A stretch of 48,841 nt of DNA. Origin: a virus. Lineage: Duplodnaviria > Caudoviricetes. The stretch lies in the IMG/VR virus record IMGVR_UViG_3300037127_000006, positions 1 to 48,841 of that record, one strand, 5' to 3'. A program made the position numbers and the translations under genes. Under the pieces are notes generated by a model. That model did not search any database. It was not told where the DNA came from and saw only the letters and a list, made by a program, of their open reading frames with translations. This document shows positions 34,932-44,645 of the stretch, one piece after another. Within the stretch, counting starts at the first letter, position 1. Every line of letters starts with the position of its first letter.

Positions 34932-37262
34932 TCACCCCTTGTACGGAATATACCCTGAAAGGCTCAGTGAGAGAACGGAGATCGGAGCAGGTTCCAACTG
35001 CCGGATCACGCCACGACCATTGTTGTTCCAATATCCCTTGATCTGGGTGCTTTTCTTGCCAGTCAGAAGATCCGTCGTCTCGTCATAGCCTTCGTCGTTT
35101 CTCAGCTTCATCTCATAAAGGTCTTCTTTCGCATCCGTTCCGGTCGGGAACTTCGCCCCCAAGAATCCACCCCACGTCTGCTTGAAGAAGGCTGTGATCT
35201 GCCCGATGTTGATGGCTTTGTCCATGAGCGTTTCGCCGTTGATCGTGTCGATGTCGAGCGTTCCCATGTCGCAGATATACGGCAGACCGATGTGAATTTT
35301 CGCATACGCCTTGTCGAGCGTGACCGTTCCGCTCACACAGGAAACCACGTCGTAATTACTGTTGTTCGGGCTTGCCACAACGAAGGCGTCACCCATGACG
35401 GAAACAGCCTCGCCCTCCAAGTGGCCCATCCCGGTAACAGCCTTGATCGCCTTGGCCCATGAGGTAGTTGCCGACGCCTGCAAGTCGGTCGGCACGTTCT
35501 TGTTCTGAGGATACCCCTTAACGACGGTGGGACTGGTGAATTCCGCGATCGACATGCGAAGCGTCTCACCGGCGTCGTCGAGCAGATGAATCTCATTCGC
35601 CCCGACATCCCCGGAAGCAAACGCGCCGGCTGATGCCGTCATGGTGATTAGATCCGTCGGTGTCCAGCCACTCCCGGTGAGCGTGATCGTGGTGGAACTG
35701 GCATTCCAGCCATCGTAAGTCTCGGCTGAATCCATGAAGATCATCTCATCGAGGTCGGCCTCGTCGATGACCCTCGTTGCCATGCGCTCGATGTATCGCA
35801 CCGTGGAGCCGTCGATGGTGCGCTTCACCGTCACGTAGAGGAAATCCTCGTCGCCCTCCGGAACCACGCAGACGTTCTCGAATTCGCCTTCGGTGTCGTG
35901 CCTGTGCCAACCGGCAACCTGCTCTCCCCTGACGTAAGTGAGAGCAACCAAGGCGCCGTCGCTTCTGATTGCCCAGAGGATGCTGTGGGGAATCTGCTGG
36001 TAGGCCCATTCGGAAAGCGTGAATCCCTCGAACAGATGCGGAGAGCGCAACGTCAGATCAACGCCCGTGTACTCATCCACGAAACTGTAGGATAGATCCC
36101 GCACGATGTTGCCCCTGCCTTGCAGATACAGCACGGTGTCGTTTGCAATAACAGGAGCCACCTGGCCGGAACCGTTGTAGGAATGCGGCTTCGGGTTGAT
36201 GTCGGTCGGCGTCAGAATCCCCTGGGTATTCCCACGAATCGACCATTCTGCGCCGGTCGTGAAAATAACGAGGAAATTCAGCTCCAGCATGTGCTTGACG
36301 GCGTTGACCTGCGTACCGTAGAGCCGGAAGGTGACGGCATCCGTATTCTCGCTCGGAGTCGAAATCGTGAAATTGTGAGGCAATCCAACCCGGCTTGTCC
36401 AGACCGTCTCTGGATTGTTGGTGGTGTTCGCGTAAACGATCCTCTGTTGGTAATAAGCCACCGCAGACGGGTAGTTGCCTGCCGAATCAAACGGATTTCT
36501 GGCGGCCGAAGGCTGGTCAGAGATATCCGGTTCAATCCCGTAATTGGTGAAGGTAAGCTCCGCAGTCTCACCGATGTAGGACGCGAGGCCGTTCTCTTCA
36601 CGGTAAACGCGGTAGTAATCGGCGCCTGAAACGGCATCCCATGTGATCGTGTGGTCGTTGGTTCCAGGGTCAGTGACGTTCGAGGCCGTATCCGTTCCGG
36701 CAAGGGATTCCTCCCCCGTTGATATTTGAAATGCCGTGACGTGATAGGTGAAATTGAGCGACCCGGCCGTGCCGGAAGCAGCCACGTTCTGCGGGGTCCC
36801 CAAGTCCGGAGCGAAGGTGATGGCCGAGAGGGTCCAGCTTGTATCTCCGGTCCTGGAGAGTTCCCGCGGAGCATGACTTGGGTGGACAATGGTAACGATG
36901 TCGCCGGACTGGGCGTAGTTCAGATCCGGCAGTTGTGCGGTTGTATAGGGTGTTACAATCTCGTAAGGAGCCCCAAGGACAACACCATCCTTGATGACGC
37001 GCATATAGAGATTGCCGAATTCCAGCACGTAGGTCTGATCGTCGTTGAAGATGAACGGGATGAGCCGGATCTTGCCGGCGGCACTGGAGGCGACTTCGCC
37101 CACGTACTCCGTGCCCGGACGGTTCTGGACCCCGCCGTGTCGCATGACCTCGAAATTGCGACACGTCCTGAGTCCGGTTCCGTAGGCCACCTGATCGACG
37201 CGCCCGTATAGGTCGGGTGCGATCTCACCGGCAGCAAAGCTCCTCTGAACCGATGTCGTCAC
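34932..37262 (-). CDS. Tail tubular protein B / nozzle
   Basis: QRSF..GEI.P.LYGR.D, GG..NRPGT, RLIPF.F, YAQSGD, W.YQQ.P, .GWHRH, GLPY. Confidence 0.9.
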   Translation of the reverse strand: MTTSVQRSFAAGEIAPDLYGRVDQVAYGTGLRTCRNFEVMRHGGVQNRPGTEYVGEVASSAAGKIRLIPFIFNDDQTYVLEFGNLYMRVIKDGVVLGAPYEIVTPYTTAQLPDLNYAQSGDIVTIVHPSHAPRELSRTGDTSWTLSAITFAPDLGTPQNVAASGTAGSLNFTYHVTAFQISTGEESLAGTDTASNVTDPGTNDHTITWDAVSGADYYRVYREENGLASYIGETAELTFTNYGIEPDISDQPSAARNPFDSAGNYPSAVAYYQQRIVYANTTNNPETVWTSRVGLPHNFTISTPSENTDAVTFRLYGTQVNAVKHMLELNFLVIFTTGAEWSIRGNTQGILTPTDINPKPHSYNGSGQVAPVIANDTVLYLQGRGNIVRDLSYSFVDEYTGVDLTLRSPHLFEGFTLSEWAYQQIPHSILWAIRSDGALVALTYVRGEQVAGWHRHDTEGEFENVCVVPEGDEDFLYVTVKRTIDGSTVRYIERMATRVIDEADLDEMIFMDSAETYDGWNASSTTITLTGSGWTPTDLITMTASAGAFASGDVGANEIHLLDDAGETLRMSIAEFTSPTVVKGYPQNKNVPTDLQASATTSWAKAIKAVTGMGHLEGEAVSVMGDAFVVASPNNSNYDVVSCVSGTVTLDKAYAKIHIGLPYICDMGTLDIDTINGETLMDKAINIGQITAFFKQTWGGFLGAKFPTGTDAKEDLYEMKLRNDEGYDETTDLLTGKKSTQIKGYWNNNGRGVIRQLEPAPISVLSLSLSGYIPYKG

Positions 37263-37864
37263 TTTTCACGCGCCCTCTCGAATTCGCTTTTGATCTTCAA
37301 GTCCGGTTTCTGTTCGTTCGAGTCGTTCGCAATCGCGTCGGCAACGGCCCGCTCGTACTCCACCACAAGGTCCTGTTTTATCTTCCACGGATCACCTTCG
37401 CCCAACGTGCGCATGATGAACATGGCAAGCCGGTAAGAAATGGCAAGAGTGAAGTCGATGGGGAATCTGCCAGTATCCGTCTCGGCCCAAGTGATTTCCG
37501 CCTGAGCATCCTCAAGGTCGGTGTAAATCACCCTTCCGGTCGAACCCCGCGCTACGACGTACTTGATAAACGAGCCGGGGTTATCCTTGCGAACGCCACT
37601 GAGAAGTTTGCGTATCAGGAGCGCATTCGCCGGATATTTGTAAGAGTACGCCCATTCCTCGGTAGGGTCCTCCTCGATGAGTCCGAGCGTGAAGACGGAC
37701 GTGCAGAACGACCAAGGGTATTTGCGAAGAACAATATCCCTGGCCGTCGCGTAGAAGCGACGACAGAGGTTGGCCTCGTTGGATTGCTCGTCGGCATCCA
37801 CGATCACCGTGCTGTTGCCGACGTGCCCCAAGGCCAGATTGTAAATCTCGACTTCGCTCGCCAT
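37259..37864 (-). CDS. Tail tubular protein A / head-tail adaptor
   Basis: S.VEI.NLAL..VG, A.LC..FY...RD..LR..PW.F, W.Y.Y.YP. Confidence 0.88.
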   Translation of the reverse strand: MASEVEIYNLALGHVGNSTVIVDADEQSNEANLCRRFYATARDIVLRKYPWSFCTSVFTLGLIEEDPTEEWAYSYKYPANALLIRKLLSGVRKDNPGSFIKYVVARGSTGRVIYTDLEDAQAEITWAETDTGRFPIDFTLAISYRLAMFIMRTLGEGDPWKIKQDLVVEYERAVADAIANDSNEQKPDLKIKSEFERAREK

Positions 37865-37867
37865 GCG

Positions 37868-38008
37868 TCACCTCTTTTTCTTTTTCGGGCCTCTCGCCAT
37901 CTCCTTCAGCTTGCGCATCGGAAGGCCGGTCTTGGTTTTCTTCCCAGCCTTCTTGCGTCCGATCTCCGCACCGAAGAACCGTTGCTGCTTTCGTGTTTTT
38001 GCCGGCAT
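37868..38008 (-). CDS. Small highly basic protein (46 aa)
   Basis: Manual translation MPAKTRKQQRFFGAEIGRKKAGKKTKTGLPMRKLKEMARGPKKKKR; AGGAGG RBS. Confidence 0.65.
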   Translation of the reverse strand: MPAKTRKQQRFFGAEIGRKKAGKKTKTGLPMRKLKEMARGPKKKKR

Positions 38009-38343
38009 TACGCCTCCTTTTTCGGAGTCAGTTTGTCCACTACCTTCGTAGCGACGACGGCGGCACCACCAACACCAGCAAGACTTCCACCGAGAATGAG
38101 GAGAGCCTTCAGGACACCACTAACATCGCCAGCCGTGTCCATCTTGTCTTCCAAGTCCTTGATTTCTTTTCTGACTTCGACCAGTCGGACCTCGGCTTTC
38201 TCCTTGTCATCGGCAGTCGTTTCAGGGTCGTCAATAACCGCTTGAAGGGACTGCTCCTCCTGCTTGAGCTTGCGGTGTTGTCCACCCCACGCACAGCCAC
38301 CGAGCATCGCCAAGAGAACGGAAAGAATGATTACCTGTCTCAT
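38008..38343 (-). CDS. Lipoprotein with C-terminal hydrophobic helix (u-spanin-like topology)
   Basis: Signal peptide with LGGC lipobox, coiled coil, LLILGGSLAGVGGAAVVA. Confidence 0.6.
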   Translation of the reverse strand: MRQVIILSVLLAMLGGCAWGGQHRKLKQEEQSLQAVIDDPETTADDKEKAEVRLVEVRKEIKDLEDKMDTAGDVSGVLKALLILGGSLAGVGGAAVVATKVVDKLTPKKEA

Positions 38344-38576
38344 TTCTTTTTTCCTCCATTCTCGACCTTGGCCTTCTCCTTGCCGTGGTCGGCAATACCT
38401 TGACCGATACAGCCAACGCCCGTGATCGAGGCAAGGGTCACCATCAGAGTTTCCACATTCTCAGCGGGAATGCCGAGAACATCCAGTGCAATGACAACTT
38501 CCGTGACCAAGCCAATAAGGAAGATCCAGAACTTCTTGGAATCCAGAAGGCCCTTCAGGCCCTTCTTTTCATCCAT
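38340..38576 (-). CDS. Putative holin (2 TM)
   Basis: L.SKKFW + TM, second TM, GQGIADHGK charged tail. Confidence 0.65.
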   Translation of the reverse strand: MDEKKGLKGLLDSKKFWIFLIGLVTEVVIALDVLGIPAENVETLMVTLASITGVGCIGQGIADHGKEKAKVENGGKKK

Positions 38577-38866
38577 CAGACACCTCCGTTAAGGAAACCA
38601 TAAATCGCGGCGATGATCCCAACGATCCCGCCGATCAACGCAACCAGTTTATAGATGTTGTGTCTTTTTTCTTCATGATCCTTTACGGCCTTCTGCATGA
38701 CCACGACAGGATTGTGCTCTGGCTTGTGCATTTCCTTTTCATGGGTCGTCATGATCTCATCGGTGCGCTCACGCTCCTCGATCTTCTGTCTGAGCAAGTC
38801 TTGGCTGATCTTGCCGATGGATTCATGAACCTTGTCGAACTTCTCGTTGAAAAATCTTTCGTCCAT
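38576..38866 (-). CDS. Coiled-coil protein with C-terminal TM (lysis-cassette type)
   Basis: Charged N-terminus, LVALIGGIVGIIAAIYGFL. Confidence 0.6.
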   Translation of the reverse strand: MDERFFNEKFDKVHESIGKISQDLLRQKIEERERTDEIMTTHEKEMHKPEHNPVVVMQKAVKDHEEKRHNIYKLVALIGGIVGIIAAIYGFLNGGV

Positions 38867-38877
38867 CGGTGCCCCTC

Positions 38878-39501
38878 CTATAGATCCTCTCCAAGTCGAT
38901 TCGCCACATATTTCAGCGCGATTCCATGCAGTTCAAGGATGTCTCCCAGCGTATCGGCTCCATTATTTCCGTCCCGCTCAATTTGCAAGTGCAGGCAGAT
39001 TTCATCGGCGGCGATAGTGCCCCCCGCGATGGTGACGACTTCACTCAAGACAAGGCCATCAGCGGTTGACGAAGAATCCAGTAGATTCCCGGTATCAGCC
39101 GTCCCGGCCTGATCGGTCAAGTCGTCCGGAGCTGTGATGAGATAGGTCATGTCGATCACAGCCACCTTGCTCGTTGCCGGAGAACTCCACCCCATACAAA
39201 GAACACAATCGGCGCTCCTGTCTAGATCATCTGGAAGAATGATATCTGCCTGGACATTTCGATCCACGTTGTCGGCAAAGGAATAGACGATATAGCCGTT
39301 GCCGTTGAGAGTTTTCGTTGCCGCGATTGCGCCTATGGCAGAAACGGCATTCGCGGGAATCCACAGCCGCTTCGTAACCCGAGCGGTCCCGTGAAGAATT
39401 ATCGTGCCATCGTCAAGGAATTCCGTGTAATTCCCTGCCGGGACATCGCCTATTCTTCTTGGATTCGGGTTTCCGTGAATTATTACGACTGGACCATTCA
39501 T
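38878..39501 (-). CDS. Putative virion structural protein (beta-sandwich type)
   Basis: Late operon; beta-rich composition; GAGG RBS. Confidence 0.55.
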   Translation of the reverse strand: MNGPVVIIHGNPNPRRIGDVPAGNYTEFLDDGTIILHGTARVTKRLWIPANAVSAIGAIAATKTLNGNGYIVYSFADNVDRNVQADIILPDDLDRSADCVLCMGWSSPATSKVAVIDMTYLITAPDDLTDQAGTADTGNLLDSSSTADGLVLSEVVTIAGGTIAADEICLHLQIERDGNNGADTLGDILELHGIALKYVANRLGEDL

Positions 39502-39546
39502 AACTTACCTCACAACCTAGTAAGTTCTGCCTCGATTTGCATGTCG

Positions 39547-40620
39547 CTAGTCACACCTCGATCCCATACTGACGAGCTGAATGGGCTTTAGGCCGTTCAC
39601 TTGGATGCTTGGCCCCTCAAGGTGCCGCTCAAAACCAATACTGGCATTACCGAAAAAGATTGCAGTTGGAACAAACTCATCAGCCCCAATACAAGGCGGA
39701 TCGGCCCGCGTGTCTCCGTCAATGTCTGTCGTTACTCCGGCAACGGCCACCCCTGCGGCATATGCAACGGAGTCTGCGTCTTGCAGGTGGATGTCCTCGC
39801 TTCCGGCGGTCGTATTGGTGAATTTAATATCTGAGTCCGGGTCTTTGTTGATTTGGTTTCCGCTTCCTCCCCAATCGTCCGCAGTCGCGTCAGAAGAAAT
39901 GGAATAGGTTACGGTAAAGGTCCCGGAAAACAAATTAAAATCACTCGATGTGCAATCCGCAGAAATGCAGTTCTTTATAGTGACCCCAAAGCCTGCTCCA
40001 AAGAATCCGAATTCTTCAGTATTCAAGACAGTTGTAAAATAAACCAACACATCATCCGTGATCCCGTAGAGATAAAGGCCCGTATTTCTGGAAGACCCAC
40101 CCGTAATGTTCAGCACGGCACAATTTTTGACTGTACTCCCTCCGCCAATAATCATCCCATAACAAAAGGTAGTGGCGTCCAAATCATAAACAATACAGGA
40201 ATCGATTATTACATATCGCGCAACGGAAGCATCATAAGCCCGGATTCCCTGAAAGTTTCCAGTGTGGCTTCCATTTGCGGTGACACAAAACCCTTCTAGT
40301 CTGGTATATGGGCATAGTTCAATACAGGAAAACCGGCTTGTCCCTGTCGGGGTTGGAATGATTATTATTCCCTTTGCCCTTTGCCCGGTATGGGAAACCA
40401 TTGCCACAAAACGAATATAATCGGATGATCCCCAGTTGGAAAACCCGGTCAGGGCGTCCACCTGTTCCCGGTATTCGTAGCCATCCCCAACCGCCACACC
40501 CCCCGCGTATACCTCAACCCTCTGAATACCCTGCCCTGACAGATCGCCGGGAATGGCGTCAACGGCATCCTGAATGGTTGCGTAGGTTTTATCCGTCCCG
40601 ACTGTATAGGTTGCGGCCAT
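39547..40620 (-). CDS. Pectin-lyase-like right-handed beta-helix protein
   Basis: YATIQDAVDA N-cap, repeated short strands, C-terminal TDIDG..R...P.IGADE; start 40620 by TAATG coupling. Confidence 0.75.
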   Translation of the reverse strand: MAATYTVGTDKTYATIQDAVDAIPGDLSGQGIQRVEVYAGGVAVGDGYEYREQVDALTGFSNWGSSDYIRFVAMVSHTGQRAKGIIIIPTPTGTSRFSCIELCPYTRLEGFCVTANGSHTGNFQGIRAYDASVARYVIIDSCIVYDLDATTFCYGMIIGGGSTVKNCAVLNITGGSSRNTGLYLYGITDDVLVYFTTVLNTEEFGFFGAGFGVTIKNCISADCTSSDFNLFSGTFTVTYSISSDATADDWGGSGNQINKDPDSDIKFTNTTAGSEDIHLQDADSVAYAAGVAVAGVTTDIDGDTRADPPCIGADEFVPTAIFFGNASIGFERHLEGPSIQVNGLKPIQLVSMGSRCD

Positions 40621-41108
40621 TAACGGATTGCCTCCAAGCCCTCTGACTCCGGATCTATCGGCTCGGGTTTCCAAACCAATTTCGGAGAAGGCATAAGGTG
40701 GGCGCCGATGTCAACCAGCTTTTCGGGTTCAATCAGTCCACCGTCTTTTTGGTAATCCAACTGCCCGACGGCCTCCAGATCCCGGCCTACCTCGGTAATG
40801 ATGGCGGCTATCGGCTTTTCCGGTTCCTGAAGGGATCGTCGGTCGATTTCATCGCGTACCTTTACACGGAAGCTTTCATGGACGATCCTGTTTTTCTCGA
40901 ATTGAGAAAGCTGTTCCGCCGTCCATGCGTTGTCGGAAAGAAGCAACTTCCACATCCTGATTTCGGCGATCTGCTGCTCGGTGACTTCAGCCCTGATCCA
41001 CCGAAACGCGGCGCGACTTCCCCATTCCTTCGGAAGGGAATCACGGACCTCCAGAACAAGGCCGGGGTATCGCGTACCGTTGTCAACTTTTAGCCATTTC
41101 TCAGGCAT
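40620..41108 (-). CDS. Hypothetical protein (162 aa)
   Basis: Fills operon; coupled to next gene. Confidence 0.65.
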   Translation of the reverse strand: MPEKWLKVDNGTRYPGLVLEVRDSLPKEWGSRAAFRWIRAEVTEQQIAEIRMWKLLLSDNAWTAEQLSQFEKNRIVHESFRVKVRDEIDRRSLQEPEKPIAAIITEVGRDLEAVGQLDYQKDGGLIEPEKLVDIGAHLMPSPKLVWKPEPIDPESEGLEAIR

Positions 41109-41120
41109 ATAGCACCCTGC

Positions 41121-41684
41121 CTAGTTGTCGCCCGTCGGTTCTTCCCGATACCACAGGGTAATGCGGACATTCACGCCACCAGCAGCAACAACGAAAACGC
41201 CAAGACTGCTACTTTTCTGGATCGTGAAATTGTCATCGAAATGGAAGTCAAACCCAAGGCCCTCCGTTCCTCCAGGGAGGAGAATCGTCTGAACCAACTT
41301 GTCCGTCGTCGATGCGTTCAACGTGATCTGGCTTCCGGGTTTCGACATCCGGAAAATCAGCGCATCGTTGGGGGCCTTGCCCACGCCGGTTGCCGAGGCA
41401 ATTCCGGTTACAGGCGTGATTCTGGTGCCACCCGAAGAATGTCTGAGTTTCGTGTCCTTGATGAGATAAATCTTCACCGCACCTGCCGGCGCCGTGCCGA
41501 CAATGAACATGCTCAACTTCTCAGGAATGATCTGCTTCTCAATGGGAGTAGCAGACGCCATCACTTCCATATGAAGTGCGGGCTTGGTGTTGTCAAACGT
41601 CGCCGTGCCGGAGACACCACTCGTCGTCGCCTGCATACCGTCAGTGACAACGTAAGTCCGGCTCAATGCTCCTTCCATAACCAT
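41121..41684 (-). CDS. Putative virion decoration/structural protein
   Basis: AAGGAG RBS; Gly/Thr/Ser beta-rich. Confidence 0.6.
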   Translation of the reverse strand: MVMEGALSRTYVVTDGMQATTSGVSGTATFDNTKPALHMEVMASATPIEKQIIPEKLSMFIVGTAPAGAVKIYLIKDTKLRHSSGGTRITPVTGIASATGVGKAPNDALIFRMSKPGSQITLNASTTDKLVQTILLPGGTEGLGFDFHFDDNFTIQKSSSLGVFVVAAGGVNVRITLWYREEPTGDN

Positions 41685-41697
41685 CTCCGGTCTCCTT

Positions 41698-41727
41698 AAA
41701 AAGCAGGGCCGGGGTTTCCCCCGGCCC
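41698..41727 (-). terminator. Intrinsic terminator after the capsid genes
   Basis: GGGCCGGGG-GAAA-CCCCGGCCC then UGCUUUUU. Confidence 0.8.
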
Positions 41728-41736
41728 CGTTGTCGC

Positions 41737-42105
41737 TCAGATCATCTGCCGGTCCCCGGAAGGCGGACCATCGGGGGCAGGTTCCTGTTCCGTTTCCTCC
41801 TTCTCAGGTTGCTCGACAACCGGATCAGAGCCCGGAACAGGCTCGTACCGCGGCGTGTTCGCAACAGACAGGCGCTCCAGTTCGGCAACCGAAGGGGATG
41901 GTTTCGCTACAACCATCGGAACATTTTGCTTCAGGGCATCATCGGGAGTCGGAGGAGCAGGCTGTGTCATGATGATCGGTTCGTTGTCGCCCACTTTCTC
42001 CATCCAGTTTTCCGAGAAGTCTTCGTCAAGTTTAAGTTCGAAGACGCTCCCCGGATACCGATAAAGCCCGTAAATGAACCCGCTTTGAATGGCCCGTACC
42101 TTCAC
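41737..42105 (-). CDS. Conserved head-module protein with Pro/Glu-rich tail
   Basis: KVRAI..GF.YG..R.PG.VF; follows cement gene. Confidence 0.7.
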   Translation of the reverse strand: MKVRAIQSGFIYGLYRYPGSVFELKLDEDFSENWMEKVGDNEPIIMTQPAPPTPDDALKQNVPMVVAKPSPSVAELERLSVANTPRYEPVPGSDPVVEQPEKEETEQEPAPDGPPSGDRQMI

Positions 42106-42119
42106 AAGTCACCTCCTGA

Positions 42120-42569
42120 TTAGGAACCAGAGATCGCAAAACCACTGGGCAACTGACGCTGACCGTCCTCGTCGTGGATGATGCCGGCCGTGAACGCTCC
42201 GGTCGTCAACCCCGCAGACGGGGTGTACGTGAGGCGCATGTACCTTTCGGTCGCCTCGGCACCTCCCGGGAGGGTGACGTACTTGATCGTTCCGGCAGGA
42301 ACACCCGCGGCGCCGGAGAACACGGGGAACGTGGCAAGGGTCTTCGCCGAGCTGAAGCTCGTGTTGTCATCCACTTCCACCTTGATGGTGATGGTGATGG
42401 CCGAAGCCGTCATCGCGGTGTCAACGTTGGCGAAAATCTTGACGGGTTCTCCTGTGCCGACCTGCCGCTCGGTCGCGGTCATGTCGATGTAATTCGTCGA
42501 TGCGGTGGCCGCCGAGATGCCGGCGAGATCCTGTGCATCGCTGAAGAGTCCTTCGCTATCAAGAATCAT
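42120..42569 (-). CDS. Capsid cement protein (BPP-1 Bbp16-like)
   Basis: MILD...FSDAQ, STNYID, G.GEP, RYMRL.Y, G.FTAGI. Confidence 0.85.
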   Translation of the reverse strand: MILDSEGLFSDAQDLAGISAATASTNYIDMTATERQVGTGEPVKIFANVDTAMTASAITITIKVEVDDNTSFSSAKTLATFPVFSGAAGVPAGTIKYVTLPGGAEATERYMRLTYTPSAGLTTGAFTAGIIHDEDGQRQLPSGFAISGS

Positions 42570-42603
42570 CTGTTTGCTCCTGAATGTCAGCCAGAAAAAC
42601 GGA

Positions 42604-43602
42604 CTACGACACCGTGGCTTCGGTGTTGGTGATCTGGTCCACGAGGCGAATCGGGATACCCATGAAGTCCGCCTGGATCTTCCCGTCCACGTTCTCGAAG
42701 TTCAGACCTCCGCCGGAAACCACGTCGGCACGACGCTGGATGCCGAGCATCTGGAAGACCGTCCGGTTCATGTAGAACACGGCCTTGCTCGTCTGCAACG
42801 CCCCGTCCGGAAGCCGGAAGATCATCTTGTACATGAGCTTCTGCAACACCGCGGCGCTGGTTTCACCCACGAGGTTCGAGATGTCGATGTTGCAACCCCG
42901 GACGACCTGACGCCAGTCCTTGATCGCAAGCCCCGCCTTCCACTGGAAGTGGTCAACGTAAGCCTGAAGCAGACTCCCGCTGATTCCGGTGGAACCTTGG
43001 ATCAACTTGTCTCCGAGATCCTTGTGCCGAAGACCCGCAACGGAGCCCTTCGGGTAGATCCCGTGGCAGAGACCCTTCTTCCAAGCGATCAGCCAGATCG
43101 AGGAGTTGTCCGAGCCGGAGCCGCCCCCGGTCAGGACGTTCTGCGAAGAGAGGTTGTCGTAGCGGTTCGCAAGACCGTGGAACTGCTCGGGATTCACGCC
43201 GGAGTTGCCGTAAATGGCAACGCGGGTGAATTCCTGCCCCATCTTCTCGATGAAGGGCATGATTTCCGTCTTGCGCCACTCGGCGGAGTTGCCGTTGAGT
43301 TCCGCAACGTCCACGTCGATCACGGAGTAGGCTTCCTGATTGCCGATTCCTTCGGTGATCTGCGCGGTCGTGCTTTTCGACGGTGCAACCGCCTGGTTGA
43401 GTTGTCTCCAGTAGGTCGTCGGCAGGCTGGCGCGAACGGTCATCCGGTGTCCCGTCATCTCGTTCGCTTCCTGCCACGGAATATCGCCGATGATGTCATT
43501 GGTCTGCGCGAGCAGTTCAGCAATGTCTGCGGCATTCCCGTTGGGGTCGGTTCTCTTGGCAATATCCAAGAGGGTCAGGTTCGATTCTCCTACGACTGCC
43601 AT
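42604..43602 (-). CDS. Major capsid protein (BPP-1 Bbp17-like)
   Basis: TLLD.AKR.DP.G, ELL.QTNDI, R..LP...WR.LN, YGN...PEQF.GLA.RY, F.GIPIR.VD. Confidence 0.92.
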   Translation of the reverse strand: MAVVGESNLTLLDIAKRTDPNGNAADIAELLAQTNDIIGDIPWQEANEMTGHRMTVRASLPTTYWRQLNQAVAPSKSTTAQITEGIGNQEAYSVIDVDVAELNGNSAEWRKTEIMPFIEKMGQEFTRVAIYGNSGVNPEQFHGLANRYDNLSSQNVLTGGGSGSDNSSIWLIAWKKGLCHGIYPKGSVAGLRHKDLGDKLIQGSTGISGSLLQAYVDHFQWKAGLAIKDWRQVVRGCNIDISNLVGETSAAVLQKLMYKMIFRLPDGALQTSKAVFYMNRTVFQMLGIQRRADVVSGGGLNFENVDGKIQADFMGIPIRLVDQITNTEATVS

Positions 43603-43614
43603 GGTTCAACCCTC

Positions 43615-44292
43615 CTATGGGTTCATGTTTGAGTTCGGAAACATGCTTTGCGCTCCGGTTTTCTCGGGAGTCCTCGGGACGGGAGGAGCACTGACGACCC
43701 TCCGGGCCGCCTGGTCAACCTCCATGGCTTCGCCGATTCGGTTGAACATCCGGATCAGTCCAACGTGACGGTTCAAGCCACTGTCGATGAGGGTCTGCTT
43801 GAACTCCGGGTCCGCAAAGCGGTCAAGAACGGCATTTCCGCGAGCCATCGTGGCGTCAAATTTGGCGCCCCCGATGTCGGGATCGGCTTTCGCCTCCTCC
43901 AGCCACCGCATCGTGGTCTCGTTGAATGCCTCAATGGAGCGTTTCGCGTAATCCGACTCATCCTGAACCAACTGTTGCGCCTGTTCCTGGGTCAGCTTGC
44001 GTTCCTTCGCGGTTTCCGCAATCCGATCCAAGGCATCCTGGCCCAACTGTGATCCTTCAGGAATCGCCAGTTCATACTTTTCGGGGACCGCCGGTTGCTG
44101 TGGCGGCTGAGGCTCTCCGCTCGACGCAGGCGTTCCTTCCCCAAGCCCGGCTGTAGATGGCGTCGAAGGTGATGTTCCTTCCGGGGGAGTTGAGGCAGGT
44201 GCCGTTGTCGGCGCAGTCGCTCCAGCCTGCGGAGGTTCGGTGTTACCCTGAGCTACCGCTGGGGCCGCTGGTTGTCCCTGAGTTTCTGTCAC
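43615..44292 (-). CDS. Capsid scaffolding protein
   Basis: Pro/Ala-rich N-terminus, PEKYEL, LTQEQAQ.LV, KADPDIGG; upstream of MCP. Confidence 0.8.
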   Translation of the reverse strand: MTETQGQPAAPAVAQGNTEPPQAGATAPTTAPASTPPEGTSPSTPSTAGLGEGTPASSGEPQPPQQPAVPEKYELAIPEGSQLGQDALDRIAETAKERKLTQEQAQQLVQDESDYAKRSIEAFNETTMRWLEEAKADPDIGGAKFDATMARGNAVLDRFADPEFKQTLIDSGLNRHVGLIRMFNRIGEAMEVDQAARRVVSAPPVPRTPEKTGAQSMFPNSNMNP

Positions 44293-44645
44293 GACATGCT
44301 CCTTTCAATTTCATCGGGTAGAATTTTTCCGTCCACCAAAAGATTTCCACTCACGTTGATCTTCTCAAGATTTTTCGCTTCCTGCTGCATCAGCAGGAGT
44401 GCTTGTGGGTCCACGAGGTCGATGGTCTGCCTGAGCACCATGCCGACGAATTTCCGACCGTTCGAGAAATAAACCGAGGCGTTCGTCTCCATCGGAATCC
44501 CGTGGACGTCCGCCATCTCCGGAGATTCCATCACCCACCAGAGGATTCTGCGCATCTCGACGTTTCCGAGTGCCGCACGCAGGTCACGGTCGAATTGCTT
44601 GTCGGCAATTTTCAGTTTCGCCGTTTTTCCCGCGCTTTGAATCAC
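44289..44645 (-). CDS. Bbp19-like head-module protein
   Basis: DLR.......RR.LW, F..GR..VG; between portal and scaffold. Confidence 0.7.
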   Translation of the reverse strand: MIQSAGKTAKLKIADKQFDRDLRAALGNVEMRRILWWVMESPEMADVHGIPMETNASVYFSNGRKFVGMVLRQTIDLVDPQALLLMQQEAKNLEKINVSGNLLVDGKILPDEIERSMS

